Positions 8,733-19,369 of a stretch of 64,000 nucleotides of DNA are shown in pieces (the stretch's first letter is position 1; every line of letters starts with the position of its first letter). This DNA is from an uncultured Bacillota bacterium (GTDB lineage Bacteria; Sysuimicrobiota; Sysuimicrobiia; Sysuimicrobiales; Segetimicrobiaceae): contig CAWDRG010000009.1 of assembly GCA_963804645.1 (NCBI GenBank), positions 768,001 to 832,000 of the forward strand, read 5' to 3'. Under the pieces are notes generated by a model. That model did no database searches and was not told the origin of the DNA. It saw only the letters and a program-made list of their open reading frames with translations. The position numbers and the translations under genes are program-made.

Positions 8733-8966
8733 ATGGCGCTCGACAACGATCGGAACCGTGTGTTGGCCTCGCTACGAGATCGATCGGAAAGCGTCGACTG
8801 CGCTGCTTTGGCCCAGATCGTTGGGCTCGCCCAACAAGCGGTGGAGCGTCATGTCCTCTACTGCGCGGACTACGGTCTGGCCACATGGAAGCGGCAGCGC
8901 GATGGCTTGGGGCGGGTGGCGATTACTGCCAGGGGCCTCGACTATTTGGGCCGGCAGAGCCTGTAG
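8733..8966 (+). CDS. Small winged-helix DNA-binding protein (77 aa)
   Basis: Strong RBS GGGAGG. LAQIVGLAQQAVERHV helix-turn-helix pattern and ITARGLDYL wing end. Confidence 0.65.
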   Translation: MALDNDRNRVLASLRDRSESVDCAALAQIVGLAQQAVERHVLYCADYGLATWKRQRDGLGRVAITARGLDYLGRQSL

Positions 8967-9713
8967 GACGCCCGATCGGATGCCCATCGAACTTGGTGGC
9001 GCGTTCGGTCACCCACATCCATGTTCACCGCGCCTTTACGCAAATCATGGACATCTGGCCTTAGGACACAATCTGTGGCGAGGTGCCCCGTGGGCAAATA
9101 CATCCGGGCGAAGTCTGGGTTACCGTGGCCCGTGAGCGGAACGTATGTCTGCGATAAGTGCCACGCGCGCACACGAGCCGCATCGGTGTCATCGCACCGC
9201 GATGTCCCACCCCTCGTGGAGACCAGCGTGCGTGTAATTGTGCCTACTTCGTGTTGAGTGAAGATGCTCGCCGCCAAGATGACACGTCGCAAAGCCTCAA
9301 GGTGACTGCATCACGTGATGCGGCGCCACCGATGCCCGGTACTGTCCTGATAGGATACTTCCCAACGAAGCACGTGCGTCGCGTCGTCAAGGGAGGCAAG
9401 CAAGCACTCCACGCCTGAACCGCCAGTGCCACCGCTGCCGTGGTAGCGGATACAGCGGACGGCAGCATACGAACAAGACGCAGCCGCCGGTAACGTAGAT
9501 CCAGCACCAATCTGAGCTTACATCTTGGCGTGTGCCTCTGGAGTGAGCGAGATGTCGTCCACGACCATGCGTATCGAGGACTACGGACAATAAGCGTCTC
9601 TACACACACCAGTTGGCAGACGTTTGCTCGCCGAGTCGATGGTCTAAGATTAGGGGCGGTTCAATCGGGCAAGGTTATGCGGGCCGCGAGGCGCTGCGCG
9701 GGAGGGACCGTTG

Positions 9714-10754
9714 ATGAAAGCTGTGAGGAAGCTCGCTCCCGGATTTGGACATGTGGATTATGTTGACGTTGCGAAACCGGAACTTACACGTGGATATGTG
9801 ACGTTGCAGGTGGAGGCAGCCGGGATCTGTGGTACGGACCTGCATATTCACGATGGCGAGTATGCAAGTCAGCCACCTGTCACGATGGGTCACGAGGTAT
9901 CTGGAACCGTATTCGAAGTCGGTGAAGGGGTGACTGGATGGCGGCCGGGCGATCGTGTCACCACAGAGACTTTCTTTTCCGTGTGCGGCCGATGCCGATA
10001 CTGTCGAGGTGGGCAGCCCAATCTCTGCCCGGAGCGCCACTCGATCGGATCTGGGGCCAATGGAGGGTTTGCAAGGTACCTTATGGTGCCCGCGAGTAAC
10101 CTTCACTTGCTTCCCAATGAAGTGTCATTTGCGGCGGGGGCTCTCACGGAACCCCTCGCTTGCTGCGTGCATGCCGTTCAACGCGCGGGCGTTGTTGTTG
10201 GGGATGTGGTTCTCGTCTCAGGCCCTGGCCCGATTGGACTCCTATGCGTGCAACTCGCCCGTATCGCAGGGGCGCACGTGGTCGTTACGGGAACCGACGC
10301 GGATGCGATCCGGTTGAAAAAGGCCGCCGCTTTAGGAGCGCACACGGTGCTGAACACTCAGCATGACCCCGAGAAACTCAGGCCCGTAGTTGGGGAACTC
10401 ACGGATGGGGCCGGGTTTGATGTCGTGATGGAGTGCGCCGGCGCACCGGCGTCAGCAGCCAGTTGTCTCGCCTTCGTACGCCGTGGCGGCCGCTACGCGC
10501 AGCTGGGTCTCTACGGAAAAACGATCCCGATTGACCTCGACGCAGTGTGTTTCAAGGAGCTGACGGCCACAGGGACATTTGCTCAAATTCCGTCGGCGTG
10601 GCAGACGGCGATAAGGCTGATGGCTTCGGGCCAAGTAAGCACGGAATCCTTGATTTCCGAAATGGTCCCGCTATCACAGTGGGACAGGGCATTCGACAGT
10701 CTCCGTCGGAAGAACGCGATCAAGATCTGCCTCTTCCCAGACGCTGACAATTGA
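9714..10754 (+). CDS. Zinc-dependent medium-chain alcohol dehydrogenase (sorbitol/threonine DH-like)
   Basis: GICGTDLH, GHE, CGRCRYC......C structural Zn site, GPGPIG. Confidence 0.93.
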   Translation: MKAVRKLAPGFGHVDYVDVAKPELTRGYVTLQVEAAGICGTDLHIHDGEYASQPPVTMGHEVSGTVFEVGEGVTGWRPGDRVTTETFFSVCGRCRYCRGGQPNLCPERHSIGSGANGGFARYLMVPASNLHLLPNEVSFAAGALTEPLACCVHAVQRAGVVVGDVVLVSGPGPIGLLCVQLARIAGAHVVVTGTDADAIRLKKAAALGAHTVLNTQHDPEKLRPVVGELTDGAGFDVVMECAGAPASAASCLAFVRRGGRYAQLGLYGKTIPIDLDAVCFKELTATGTFAQIPSAWQTAIRLMASGQVSTESLISEMVPLSQWDRAFDSLRRKNAIKICLFPDADN

Positions 10755-10872
10755 GCGGTCCACCCGGCGTCGTGGCGCCATAGATCCTTGTCCGAGTCCA
10801 GAGTGACGTGCTGATTCCGTGAATCTCGCGGGCGACCTCTCTACATCGCACGTCAGATGGGGCGGTTGTGGG

Positions 10873-10905
10873 AGATTCCCCGAAAACGCACTCGGAATAC
10901 GCACG
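10873..10905 (+). repeat. att-like scar 2 (33-bp direct repeat with 21932-21964)
   Basis: AGATTCCCCGAAAACGCACTCGGAATACGCACG, 30/33 identical to 21932-21964. Contains the anticodon-arm core. Confidence 0.75.
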
Positions 10906-11234
10906 CCAGTGGCCGGATCTCCATGTCCACTCCGGATTTCCGCACCAAGCTGACGGATTCCGCTCGGGACTCCTTCGTATACGGTGGTCGTGTCTTCCCC
11001 ACGGTGTCGCCCACTTCTCGCGATCGAGACGCGGGATCTCGACTCGGCGTGCCACCACCTCAAGATGCTTCGCGACAGTGCCCCGCCGCGCCACCAGTCG
11101 GGCGGGCTCTGAGTTCCGGAATGCGCCGCGGCACGGCGCCGACGGGTCGCGCAGAGACGCCGCTCCACCGGCAGGATCGTTCTTACGCGCCTCCGAAGGG
11201 TGCCCACGCCGACGGGCTGAATCGGGGAGGCGGT

Positions 11235-12614
11235 ATGTTCGATCTGGTGATTCGGGGCGGCACCCTCGTCACGGCGGGGCAGACCGGCGTGGCCGACGTT
11301 GGCATTGAAGAGCAGCATGTGGTGCAGATTGGCGGCGAGATGCGCGGACGGCGGGAGATCGCCGCGGCGGGCCTGTACGTATTTCCTGGCGGTGTCGACG
11401 CGCACGTGCACCTGAGCCAGCCCGCGCCGCCCGCGCCCGGGCGTGAGTTGTGGGTAGATGACTTCTTCAGCGGCTCCCTCGCCGCGATCGCTGGCGGGGT
11501 GACCACCGTTGGCAACATGACGTTCCAGTGGCCGGGCGAAACCCTCGTGGACGCCCTCGAGCGGGATCTCAAGGCGGCCGCCCGCGAAGCCGCGGTGGAT
11601 GTCATTCTGCACCCGGTTCTCACGGAACCAACCGACGCCGTGATCGCCCAGATCCCCGCGCTCGCGGATTCCGGCCACACGAGCCTTAAGATCTTCATGA
11701 CCCGCTCCAACTTCGAGCCCCAGCTTGAGCGGTATCTCGAGGCGATGCGCCAGGCCGGGATGGCGAAGATGCTGACCCTGGTGCACTGTGAGGATGGGGC
11801 GGTGATGCGGTTCGTCCACCAGCGGCTCGCGGCCGAGGGGCGCGATGCTGTCCGCTACTATCCGGACAGCCGGCCGGTGTACACCGAGGCGAGCGCGACG
11901 GAACGTGCGATCGCGATGGCCCAGGCAGCAGGCGCTCCGATCTACGTCGTGCACCTTTCATCGGCGGCGGCGCTCGCACACTGCAGACGCGCCCGCGCCG
12001 CGGGCGAGCGGGTGTACGTCGAGACGCGGCCACTCTACCTATACCTGACGCGGGAGCGGTTCGAGGAGCCGGATGGCGCGAAGTACGTGGGCGCCCCGGC
12101 CCTTCGGGAGCCGGCCGACGTGGCGGCGCTCTGGGGCGGCCTCGAAAGCGGCGACATTCAGTGCGTCTGCACCGATCATGCACCGTGGAACCTTCGCCAG
12201 AAGCTCGACCCCACGCTGACCGTCGCGAACGCGCGACAGGGGGTCGCGGACCTCGAAACCCTGATGCCGATGCTGTTTTCGGAGGGGGTCGTGAAGCGGG
12301 GCCTGTCCCTCAGCCGGTTCGTGGAGCTCACGAGCACGAACGCCGCCAAACTCTTCGGCCTGTACCCGCAGAAAGGCACGATCGCCGTCGGCGCCGACGC
12401 CGATCTCGTGGTATGGGACGCCAAGCAGCGCCGCAGGATCGACGGTGCGTTGATGCAGTCCCGTGCGGGTTATTCCGTGTACGACGGGCTCGATGTGCAG
12501 GGATGGCCAGCGTACACGATCAGCAGGGGAGAAGTCGTGCTGGACCATGGAACCATCTCTGCGCCGCGGGGCCGCGGCCGGTGGGTGAGGCGGGGCCCGA
12601 CAGCAGCGCTCTAA
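11235..12614 (+). CDS. hydA: Dihydropyrimidinase / D-hydantoinase (cyclic amidohydrolase)
   Basis: PGGVDAHVH, KIFM (carboxylated Lys), HCEDG, VVHLSS, TDHAP, GADADLVVWD. ATG after GGGGAGG. Confidence 0.9.
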   Translation: MFDLVIRGGTLVTAGQTGVADVGIEEQHVVQIGGEMRGRREIAAAGLYVFPGGVDAHVHLSQPAPPAPGRELWVDDFFSGSLAAIAGGVTTVGNMTFQWPGETLVDALERDLKAAAREAAVDVILHPVLTEPTDAVIAQIPALADSGHTSLKIFMTRSNFEPQLERYLEAMRQAGMAKMLTLVHCEDGAVMRFVHQRLAAEGRDAVRYYPDSRPVYTEASATERAIAMAQAAGAPIYVVHLSSAAALAHCRRARAAGERVYVETRPLYLYLTRERFEEPDGAKYVGAPALREPADVAALWGGLESGDIQCVCTDHAPWNLRQKLDPTLTVANARQGVADLETLMPMLFSEGVVKRGLSLSRFVELTSTNAAKLFGLYPQKGTIAVGADADLVVWDAKQRRRIDGALMQSRAGYSVYDGLDVQGWPAYTISRGEVVLDHGTISAPRGRGRWVRRGPTAAL

Positions 12615-13011
12615 CCGCCTCGACCACGGCCTATTGCTGGTGCCCGGCTCCCCGGGGACAGATTGGATAGAGCGAATTTAGGTTTGCACACTCAACCCAT
12701 GGTGGTCCGTGTATCTTTGGCGTTTGGTCCACGTCGGCCACCGTCAGCGGTTGTCCGAGTCCACCCGAGGAATTCTCACAGGAGGTAGAGTTGTTACTGG
12801 CCTCTCGGGATCGTGGTGGGAAGCCATCGCCAGTCTTGTGTGTTACTCGGCACTCTTCACAAAGGTCCGTTCTCGTATTTGGCTCGACTCGTGTATCGAA
12901 GGAGTTCGGGAAATCGAACAGAAACTCCAGACCACTTGTTTCCAACGACGATTCTAATGGGTTCCCATTCCGGCGCGGTGGGCATCCAATGCGCGTAAAG
13001 AGGGGGAGTGC

Positions 13012-14553
13012 ATGCGGATGCGGGCGGTGGTGACGGCGTGCCTGGTCGTGGCGCTGGTGGTTGGGCTCGGCGCAGCTAATGGCGTGCTTGCACGGACATC
13101 GGATACCGTTACCATCGCGCAGGGAGCCGACATTTCGAACGGGGATCCGCATCGGACAGGTTTGACCACAGACTTCAACGTCCTTGCCAATATCTATGAG
13201 ACACTTGTGAGCCGCGATCCGGATTTGCATATACAACCTGGTCTCGCCGTGTCGTGGAAGGTCGTTGGTCCCACTACGTGGGAATTCAAGCTGCGGCAAG
13301 GAGTTCGCTTTCACGATGGCGAGCCGTTCAATGCGCGGGCCGTCAAGTTTTCCATCGAGAGAGGGAAAGATCCACGATTTCGCTGGGCACGGGCATTCAT
13401 GCTTGCGCCGATTCGATCCGTAACAGTGATCGATGATGACACCGTGCGCTTTGAAACAACAGGCCCGATCCCAAGCGCACTTTTCCTACAATTGCTGGCG
13501 GTAAGTAGCTTTATCGTGCCGCCGGGATATCTGGGGAAGAATGGTGACGAGGCGCTCATACGACAGCCCGTTGGCACGGGTCCGTACCGATTTGTTCGCT
13601 GGGTGAGGGACGATCATGTTGAGCTGGAGGCCAACCCGACGTACTGGGGCGGTCGTCCTCACATCGGACACGTGATAGTTCGGGATATCCCGAATGACGC
13701 CACGCGACTTTCCGAGCTTCTGGCCGGCTCCGTGGATATCATCAACCTTATCCCGCCCACGCTATTTTCGCCCATTCAGAGTTCCTCAAGGACGAAATTG
13801 GTCCAGGGCGCTAGCTTGTCGATTTTCTTCATTCACTTCAACCTGATCAACATTTCGAAGGACCGGCCACTGGCCGATCCTCGTGTCCGGCTGGCTCTCA
13901 ACTATGCCGTGGCGCGAAGACAGTTGATCACGACAATCATGCATGGTATCGGCACACCCGTGGCCACGTTCTGTGTGGCACTTCAATTTGGATGTGATAC
14001 GTCAATCCCCGTGACGTCGTACGATGTGAGCCGCGCCAAAACCCTGCTTGCCCAGGCAGGATATAGCAACGGGTTCGACATGACGATCGCGACGACTTCG
14101 GGTTCGTATCCTGGAGATCGGGATCTGACTCTCGCCGTGTCGGATCAACTCAATCTGATAGGTGTGCGTGCGCACCCAGTCATCGTCGAGTACGGCATCC
14201 TCCAAACGCAACGGGTAAACCGGAAGGTCACATGGGACGCAATTTTCACGCGCGCAACAAGTTTTTATGCCAACGCTGGCGAGCTTGGATTCTCCAATTT
14301 CAGTAGTAACGCTGAAGCTTCTCTGTGGTCACCAGCCGATCCCGAGTTTGAACAGCTGTTGACAGAAGCGCAACAGTCTTCCAACGACACCCAGGCCAAG
14401 GCGTTTTTGCGCAAGGCTCAGCTGTTGTTCCGAGACGAATCGCCGTCGATTCCCTTATTGACTTCGCCGAACGTCTATGGAATGAGTCATGATTTGCAGT
14501 GGACGCCTCGCCCGGACCTGCTTTTGACCATGGCGAGTGCGTCCTGGCAATGA
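13012..14553 (+). CDS. ABC transporter substrate-binding protein, family 5 (DppA/OppA-like), orphan
   Basis: Signal peptide, FKLRQGVRFHDG, PVGTGPYRF, DPRVRLALNYA. No adjacent permeases. Confidence 0.92.
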   Translation: MRMRAVVTACLVVALVVGLGAANGVLARTSDTVTIAQGADISNGDPHRTGLTTDFNVLANIYETLVSRDPDLHIQPGLAVSWKVVGPTTWEFKLRQGVRFHDGEPFNARAVKFSIERGKDPRFRWARAFMLAPIRSVTVIDDDTVRFETTGPIPSALFLQLLAVSSFIVPPGYLGKNGDEALIRQPVGTGPYRFVRWVRDDHVELEANPTYWGGRPHIGHVIVRDIPNDATRLSELLAGSVDIINLIPPTLFSPIQSSSRTKLVQGASLSIFFIHFNLINISKDRPLADPRVRLALNYAVARRQLITTIMHGIGTPVATFCVALQFGCDTSIPVTSYDVSRAKTLLAQAGYSNGFDMTIATTSGSYPGDRDLTLAVSDQLNLIGVRAHPVIVEYGILQTQRVNRKVTWDAIFTRATSFYANAGELGFSNFSSNAEASLWSPADPEFEQLLTEAQQSSNDTQAKAFLRKAQLLFRDESPSIPLLTSPNVYGMSHDLQWTPRPDLLLTMASASWQ

Positions 14554-14863
14554 CCCTCATGCGGGGAGACTGTGCTAGTTGGCGCAACTGCGCACGAGTG
14601 GTTTTCACGAATGTACGCGAGGCGCGTCCGCGTCGCCGAGCGGTTGTCCGATGTCGACCGGATCCGTTTATTCGTCGGAAGGTGTGCCACCTTGGTTAAG
14701 CGGGGCGCACAGTGACGGTAAACGTCAGCTCCCGCTCTACGGAGAACATGGGGGCCCGCTAGCACCGGGACGCCCTTCGCGAACGCACCTGTTTTCGCTA
14801 CGTTGGGGGTGGTGTGTTGTGGTCACAGGTGCCGAGACGATTTACGGAGCCAAGGGATGGTCC

Positions 14864-16588
14864 GTGCGTGATCGGATGTCCCGCCCGCTTATCATGGGGT
14901 TGCGAGGGATGGTTTCCGCGGGTCACTATCACGCGGCCTTTGCGGGAATGCGTGTTCTTGCCGCTGGGGGCAACGCGGTCGATGCCGGGGTGGCTGCCGG
15001 TCTCGTGCTCAACGTCGTACATAATGACATGTGCAGTCTTTCAGGCGTTGCCCCGATCATGCTCTATCACGCTCAGACACAGACACTCACGACGATCGCC
15101 GGAGTGGGCGTGTGGCCCGAGGCGGCGACGCTCGAATATTTCCTAAACGAGAAGCAAGGCACCATTCCGGATGATCTTACTCGTTGCGTGGTGCCAGCCG
15201 CCGCCGCCGCTTGGTTACTCGCATTACGAAACTACGGCACGATGCGATTTGGTGAGGTGGCTGCCGATGCGATCAGTTTGGCAGCCGAAGGATTCCCAGT
15301 GTATCATTTCATGGCCCGCAGTATTCAGACGAATGTCGCGGGATACCGGAAGTATCCAGTGAATCGCGAGGTCTACCTCCGTGATGGTAACGCGCCCGAG
15401 GTCGGTAGCGTCATCGTACAGCGGGATCTTGCGGCGACACTTCGCGCGATGGCGGAGGTGGAAGAGCGCGCCCACGTCGGCGGACGGGAGCGGGCGCTAG
15501 ACGCGGTCCGGGACTACTTCTACCGTGGGCCCATCGCCAAGGCGATGGTAAAGTTCTCGCAGGACCACGGTGGGTTATTCGCGCAAGAGGACTTCGAGAC
15601 GTTTGCGGTCCGCGAGGAACCGCCACAACAAGTGCGCTACTGCGGGGACCAAGTGTACGGCTGCGGTCCTTGGAGCCAGGGGCCCACACTCCTGATGGCG
15701 CTCGGAATCCTTGACGGCGTGCCACTCGGGGCGTACTCACACAACGGTCCCGACGCCGTCCATCACATCGTCGAGGCACTCAAACTGGCGTTCTCCGACC
15801 GCGAGCGCTACTGTGGTGACCCGCGCTTCGTGGACGTGCCGATTGACCACCTGCTGTCGGCGGCCTATCTAGCCGAACGGCGAGGAAGGATCGACCCCTC
15901 GCGCGCGTGGCCCGAGATGCCGCCCTCTGGCGACATTCCAGGATTCCCAAGTTTCGCAACGGAGGCGCCGCCATCCACGACAGCCGCTACCGCGACTGAC
16001 GATCTCGTGGGGACGTCGTACCTTGCTGTTATGGATCGGCATGGCAACGCATTTTCCGCCACGCCGAGCGATGGCTACGCCACCGGGCCGGTCATTCCGG
16101 GGCTGGGACTCCACATCTCTGACCGTGGAACTCAGGCGAGCTTAGATCCCGGTAGCCCGAACGTAATTGTCCCTGGAAAGCGGCCGCGGCTTACGCCCAA
16201 CCCCGCGATGGTGTTCCGGAACGGTGTGCCCTTCATCGCATTTGGCACGCCGGGCAACGACCGGCAACCCCAGGCAATGGTCCAGGTCCTGAGCAACATG
16301 CTGCGCTGGGGTATGAATCCCCAAGAGGCGGTCGAGCAAGCGCGTGTCGCTTCCTACTCTTTTCCGTCATCGACCTATCCCAACAAGTACGAACCTGGCA
16401 TGCTTCGAATCGAAGGTGGGGTGCCCGACGCGACCGTCGTAGAATTGCGGCGCCGCGGACACACTGTAGATCTTTGGCCGAGATGGTCGTACTCTGCCGG
16501 TGGAGTCTGCGCCGTTCGGAGAGACATCGACGGTGTCTTCACGGGAGGTGCCGATCCGCGGCGAGAAGCGTACGTAGCTGCTCTGTGA
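14864..16588 (+). CDS. Gamma-glutamyltransferase family Ntn hydrolase (second paralog)
   Basis: GMVSAGH, GGNAVDAG, nucleophile Thr in GTSYL, GTPGND, GGADPRRE. Start is GTG 14864 or ATG 14876. Confidence 0.9.
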   Translation: MRDRMSRPLIMGLRGMVSAGHYHAAFAGMRVLAAGGNAVDAGVAAGLVLNVVHNDMCSLSGVAPIMLYHAQTQTLTTIAGVGVWPEAATLEYFLNEKQGTIPDDLTRCVVPAAAAAWLLALRNYGTMRFGEVAADAISLAAEGFPVYHFMARSIQTNVAGYRKYPVNREVYLRDGNAPEVGSVIVQRDLAATLRAMAEVEERAHVGGRERALDAVRDYFYRGPIAKAMVKFSQDHGGLFAQEDFETFAVREEPPQQVRYCGDQVYGCGPWSQGPTLLMALGILDGVPLGAYSHNGPDAVHHIVEALKLAFSDRERYCGDPRFVDVPIDHLLSAAYLAERRGRIDPSRAWPEMPPSGDIPGFPSFATEAPPSTTAATATDDLVGTSYLAVMDRHGNAFSATPSDGYATGPVIPGLGLHISDRGTQASLDPGSPNVIVPGKRPRLTPNPAMVFRNGVPFIAFGTPGNDRQPQAMVQVLSNMLRWGMNPQEAVEQARVASYSFPSSTYPNKYEPGMLRIEGGVPDATVVELRRRGHTVDLWPRWSYSAGGVCAVRRDIDGVFTGGADPRREAYVAAL

Positions 16589-16842
16589 CGATGCCGCGTA
16601 GTTGCGGGTGAGGCCGACCTCCGTGTCCCACGACAGTACGTGCAGGCCTCAACGCTGGTCTCGGTTCTGGCCTTTGGGGGACGCTGACGGTGAGACGGTC
16701 CGGACGGGCGGTCCCTTGTATTCGCAACAAGCCCTGGCATCGCGATAGCCGGCTTCCGCGGAGCTTTGAAACATGATGCCGGATGAGTGCCACGCTGCGC
16801 TTGGAATGTGCGGAGCCGCTCTCCAGCGGTTTCAAGGGTAAT

Positions 16843-16893
16843 CTGCGCACTCGGAATGCGCAGGCATGAGTTCGAATCTCGTCGCTGGCTCCA
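16843..16893 (+). repeat. Degenerate tRNA-Thr 3' half (att-like scar 3)
   Basis: CTGCGCACTCGGAATGCGCAGGCATGAGTTCGAATCTCGTCGCTGGCTCCA: anticodon arm, T arm, acceptor 3' strand and CCA. Confidence 0.85.
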
Positions 16894-17164
16894 AGTTTGT
16901 CAGCACCTTCTTTCGACCGCGAACTCTTCTTGCGCGGCGGATGAGGCAAGCGTGTATGTTTGCCACTGGCGAGTTTTCTTCGTGGCGCAGGAGTGTTCCT
17001 ATCGAGCAGAGTATCTGGACTGCGGCGACCGAACCGAATGGGGCGGATCTCGGTCCGCACGCTCGACGTCCTGGGCACCGGCAGCCTCATAGATGCTCAA
17101 GCCGGGCCCGGCTCGTATGACGCTCTACGAGTGAGACCTGACCTGCTTGCCGGGGGGCAATAGC

Positions 17165-17647
17165 ATGGCGCAGCGACAGGTCCCGATCGACTGGGTTGAT
17201 TTTGAAATGGCGTTCACGTCGCGCATGGACGAGTGGGCGTGTTACCTCGACCTCCGGACGGGGAAGGTGCACGTCGTCTCGACGTCGATCGATATGGGTG
17301 ACGATGGGCTGAGTGACGAGGATGAGGCCCTGAGTGAGGAGGCCATCGACGCGGGTCTCACGCAGGGATGGTTGCTTCGGATCGAACCGGTGGAATCATC
17401 CGAAGAATACGAATGGATGGTCGAGTTCACTAGCTCGATCGGCGACCCTCGGCTCCGGGAACTCCTTGAGGTTGCTCTGGATGGTCGCGGTGCCTTCCGG
17501 CGATTCAAGGACGTGCTCACGAGATGGCCTGAAGAGCGCGCGCGCTGGTTCGCGTTTCACGACGAGTGTCTACGGAACGCGATGCTGGAATGGCTAACCG
17601 CGCGCGAGATCGAGCCCATGTCGGTGCCACCAGAGAGGGCCCCGTAA
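17165..17647 (+). CDS. UPF0158 family protein
   Basis: YLDLRTG, acidic linker, YEWMVEF, ALDGRGAFRRFKDVL signature. Confidence 0.85.
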   Translation: MAQRQVPIDWVDFEMAFTSRMDEWACYLDLRTGKVHVVSTSIDMGDDGLSDEDEALSEEAIDAGLTQGWLLRIEPVESSEEYEWMVEFTSSIGDPRLRELLEVALDGRGAFRRFKDVLTRWPEERARWFAFHDECLRNAMLEWLTAREIEPMSVPPERAP

Positions 17648-17698
17648 GGCGGTAGCGCAGACGCGCGGGCTTCGCGTGTGCTCGGGGGAGCGGATGCG

Positions 17699-18073
17699 GT
17701 GACCGAGTTTCATCCGGCCTGGATTGAGCAGTGTGAGGCGGCATGCGCAATTCGGACTCGGTGGGGTACCCAGAAGGCCCTTGGCAATCTGATCGGGGAG
17801 AAGCTGGTGGAGTTCATGCGGGCGGCAGAGACGGCTCCCGAGTGGCGCGAGCAACTCCCGATGTTCATCGCGGAGATCAAGCGGCTCTTTTCTCGGGAGG
17901 ACATCCGGGCGTATCTCGATAAGATCCGCCGAGTGGGGCCGCTGGGGCATGTCCTTACCGATGAACAATTCGAAGAGTTTCACGAGGCGGGGGCGATCGA
18001 AGACGACCCCATTGGTGACGCGGAGAATGTGCTTCGAGTCGAGCGGGCGCGGACGTTGCTGTTGACGGAGTGA
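17699..18073 (+). CDS. Conserved hypothetical protein (WIEQCEAA...LIGEK type)
   Basis: Protein-like composition, RBS GGGGAG before GTG, co-oriented with neighbours. Confidence 0.7.
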   Translation: MTEFHPAWIEQCEAACAIRTRWGTQKALGNLIGEKLVEFMRAAETAPEWREQLPMFIAEIKRLFSREDIRAYLDKIRRVGPLGHVLTDEQFEEFHEAGAIEDDPIGDAENVLRVERARTLLLTE

Positions 18074-18183
18074 GGTGGGCGCGCGACTTTTGCTCAGCTG
18101 GCGATTGCCGGCAGGGGGCCTCCGCGCCGCCCGAGTGTATCTTGTGAGTGTGTGAGCTTTGGGGGTTGAGGGGGATGGAGGCC

Positions 18184-18723
18184 ATGGGGCGACCGTCGAA
18201 GGGCGGGGGCCTTCGCATTCCAGAGGCCCTTCGGAGCCAGACCGAGGGGATCTTCAAGATGACCGATATGTTTTGCGCCGAGCACCTGGACGCGGAGTAC
18301 GCTGACCTGTGCTGGAGGCTCGTGGCCAGGCTGGCGCGCAAACGGCCCTCACCGCTCGTGCGCGGGGACCTGCGCATCTGGGCAGGGGCCGTGATCCACG
18401 TTGTCGGGAGCCTGAACTTCCTATTCGACCGGACGCAGCGTCCACACTTGACGGCGCACCGATTGAGCGCTTTGACCGGGATCCCCATGAGCACGCTGGC
18501 CAACAAAGCCAGGTTGATTCGGGATGTACTGAGGATCGGCCTGTTCGAGCCCGAACTCTGCCACCGGGAACTTCTGGAGCGCCACCCGATGGCGTGGTTG
18601 ATCTCAGTCGACGGCTTGATCGTGGACGCCCGCATGTTGTCGGCCGAGGTCCAGGCGGAGTTGCGACGGCGCGGGCTGCTTCCTCATCTGCCGGTCGCAC
18701 ATCCGGCCTGCAATGAGCCCTAA
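18184..18723 (+). CDS. DUF6398-like protein
   Basis: FCAEHLDAEY, LARKRPSPL, WAGAVIH, NFLFDRTQRPH motifs. Confidence 0.75.
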   Translation: MGRPSKGGGLRIPEALRSQTEGIFKMTDMFCAEHLDAEYADLCWRLVARLARKRPSPLVRGDLRIWAGAVIHVVGSLNFLFDRTQRPHLTAHRLSALTGIPMSTLANKARLIRDVLRIGLFEPELCHRELLERHPMAWLISVDGLIVDARMLSAEVQAELRRRGLLPHLPVAHPACNEP

Positions 18724-18759
18724 GCGCGACTCCTACTGCGAACGGCTTGGCCTGTCGGT

Positions 18760-19369
18760 TCCACGTCTCGAAGACGTCGCGGACGCAGTTCAGGCTCTTC
18801 CACCTTATGGCGGCTGCGCTCCTGGAGCGTGGCCGTCCGATGGGCCTCAATGTTGAGGCCTGCGGGGGTCGTCGCCGGGAACGGCGACCTCGCGCTCTCG
18901 CCCAAGAAGGCTTGGCATGGCATGGGACCGATCTACCGGCACGCCCAGGGCCGCTTCGGGCTGAGCCTCTCGTCGGCGTCGCTGAAGCACATCCTCCGGA
19001 CCGCAGGGCTGCGTGCTCCCCGCTTCGCGGCACTCGCACCGCCTCCGGAGCCGGCGCAGCCGGCGGACGAGATACCACTCTCCGAGAAACGAGCTGGACG
19101 TGGCCTTTTGTGATCGCTTCACCTCCGGGTTCTCGGCGCTCCGGCAGGCCGCCGCAGTCTTCGATGCGCAAGCCGACGTCCCGGTGGACGTTGTGGTCGA
19201 GTCGGTACCAGGGTGGGCCGGTGGGCCGATCCGTGGTCGCGCGCCCGGCGGTCGTGGTCGTGAATATCGAGCGTGGGTCGTGACGGTGTGGCAGGGCACT
19301 AAGAAGGTTCTAATCGACCGCCGCGAAATTCAGTCGGCCCGCATGGTCGGAGGTTCCGATGGGTCCTGA
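18760..19369 (+). pseudogene. Probable frameshifted hypothetical gene
   Basis: Protein-like segments sit in successive + frames (18829-19113, 19013-19369) and fill the gap between co-oriented genes. The last stop overlaps the next start. Confidence 0.35.

Noticed and set aside
9021..9257. Zinc-ribbon-like ORF (SGTYVCDKCH)
   Set aside because: Only one CxxC, no clear RBS; cannot be told from a chance ORF or remnant.
10857..11234. N-terminal extensions of ORF-track calls (also 3323, 14579, 29863, 37764, 54110, 55348)
   Set aside because: Family homology and RBS motifs begin at downstream starts; the extensions are non-coding or overlap other genes.
10788..12763. 13-bp direct repeat TTGTCCGAGTCCA flanking the dihydropyrimidinase gene
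   Set aside because: Exact 13-mers are expected by chance in 64 kb. It could be an integrase arm site but is unsupported on its own.
16843..16893. A functional tRNA with a CGG anticodon (Pro, or a Thr/Pro recoding tRNA)
   Set aside because: No 5' acceptor strand or D arm upstream; only a 3'-half fragment.
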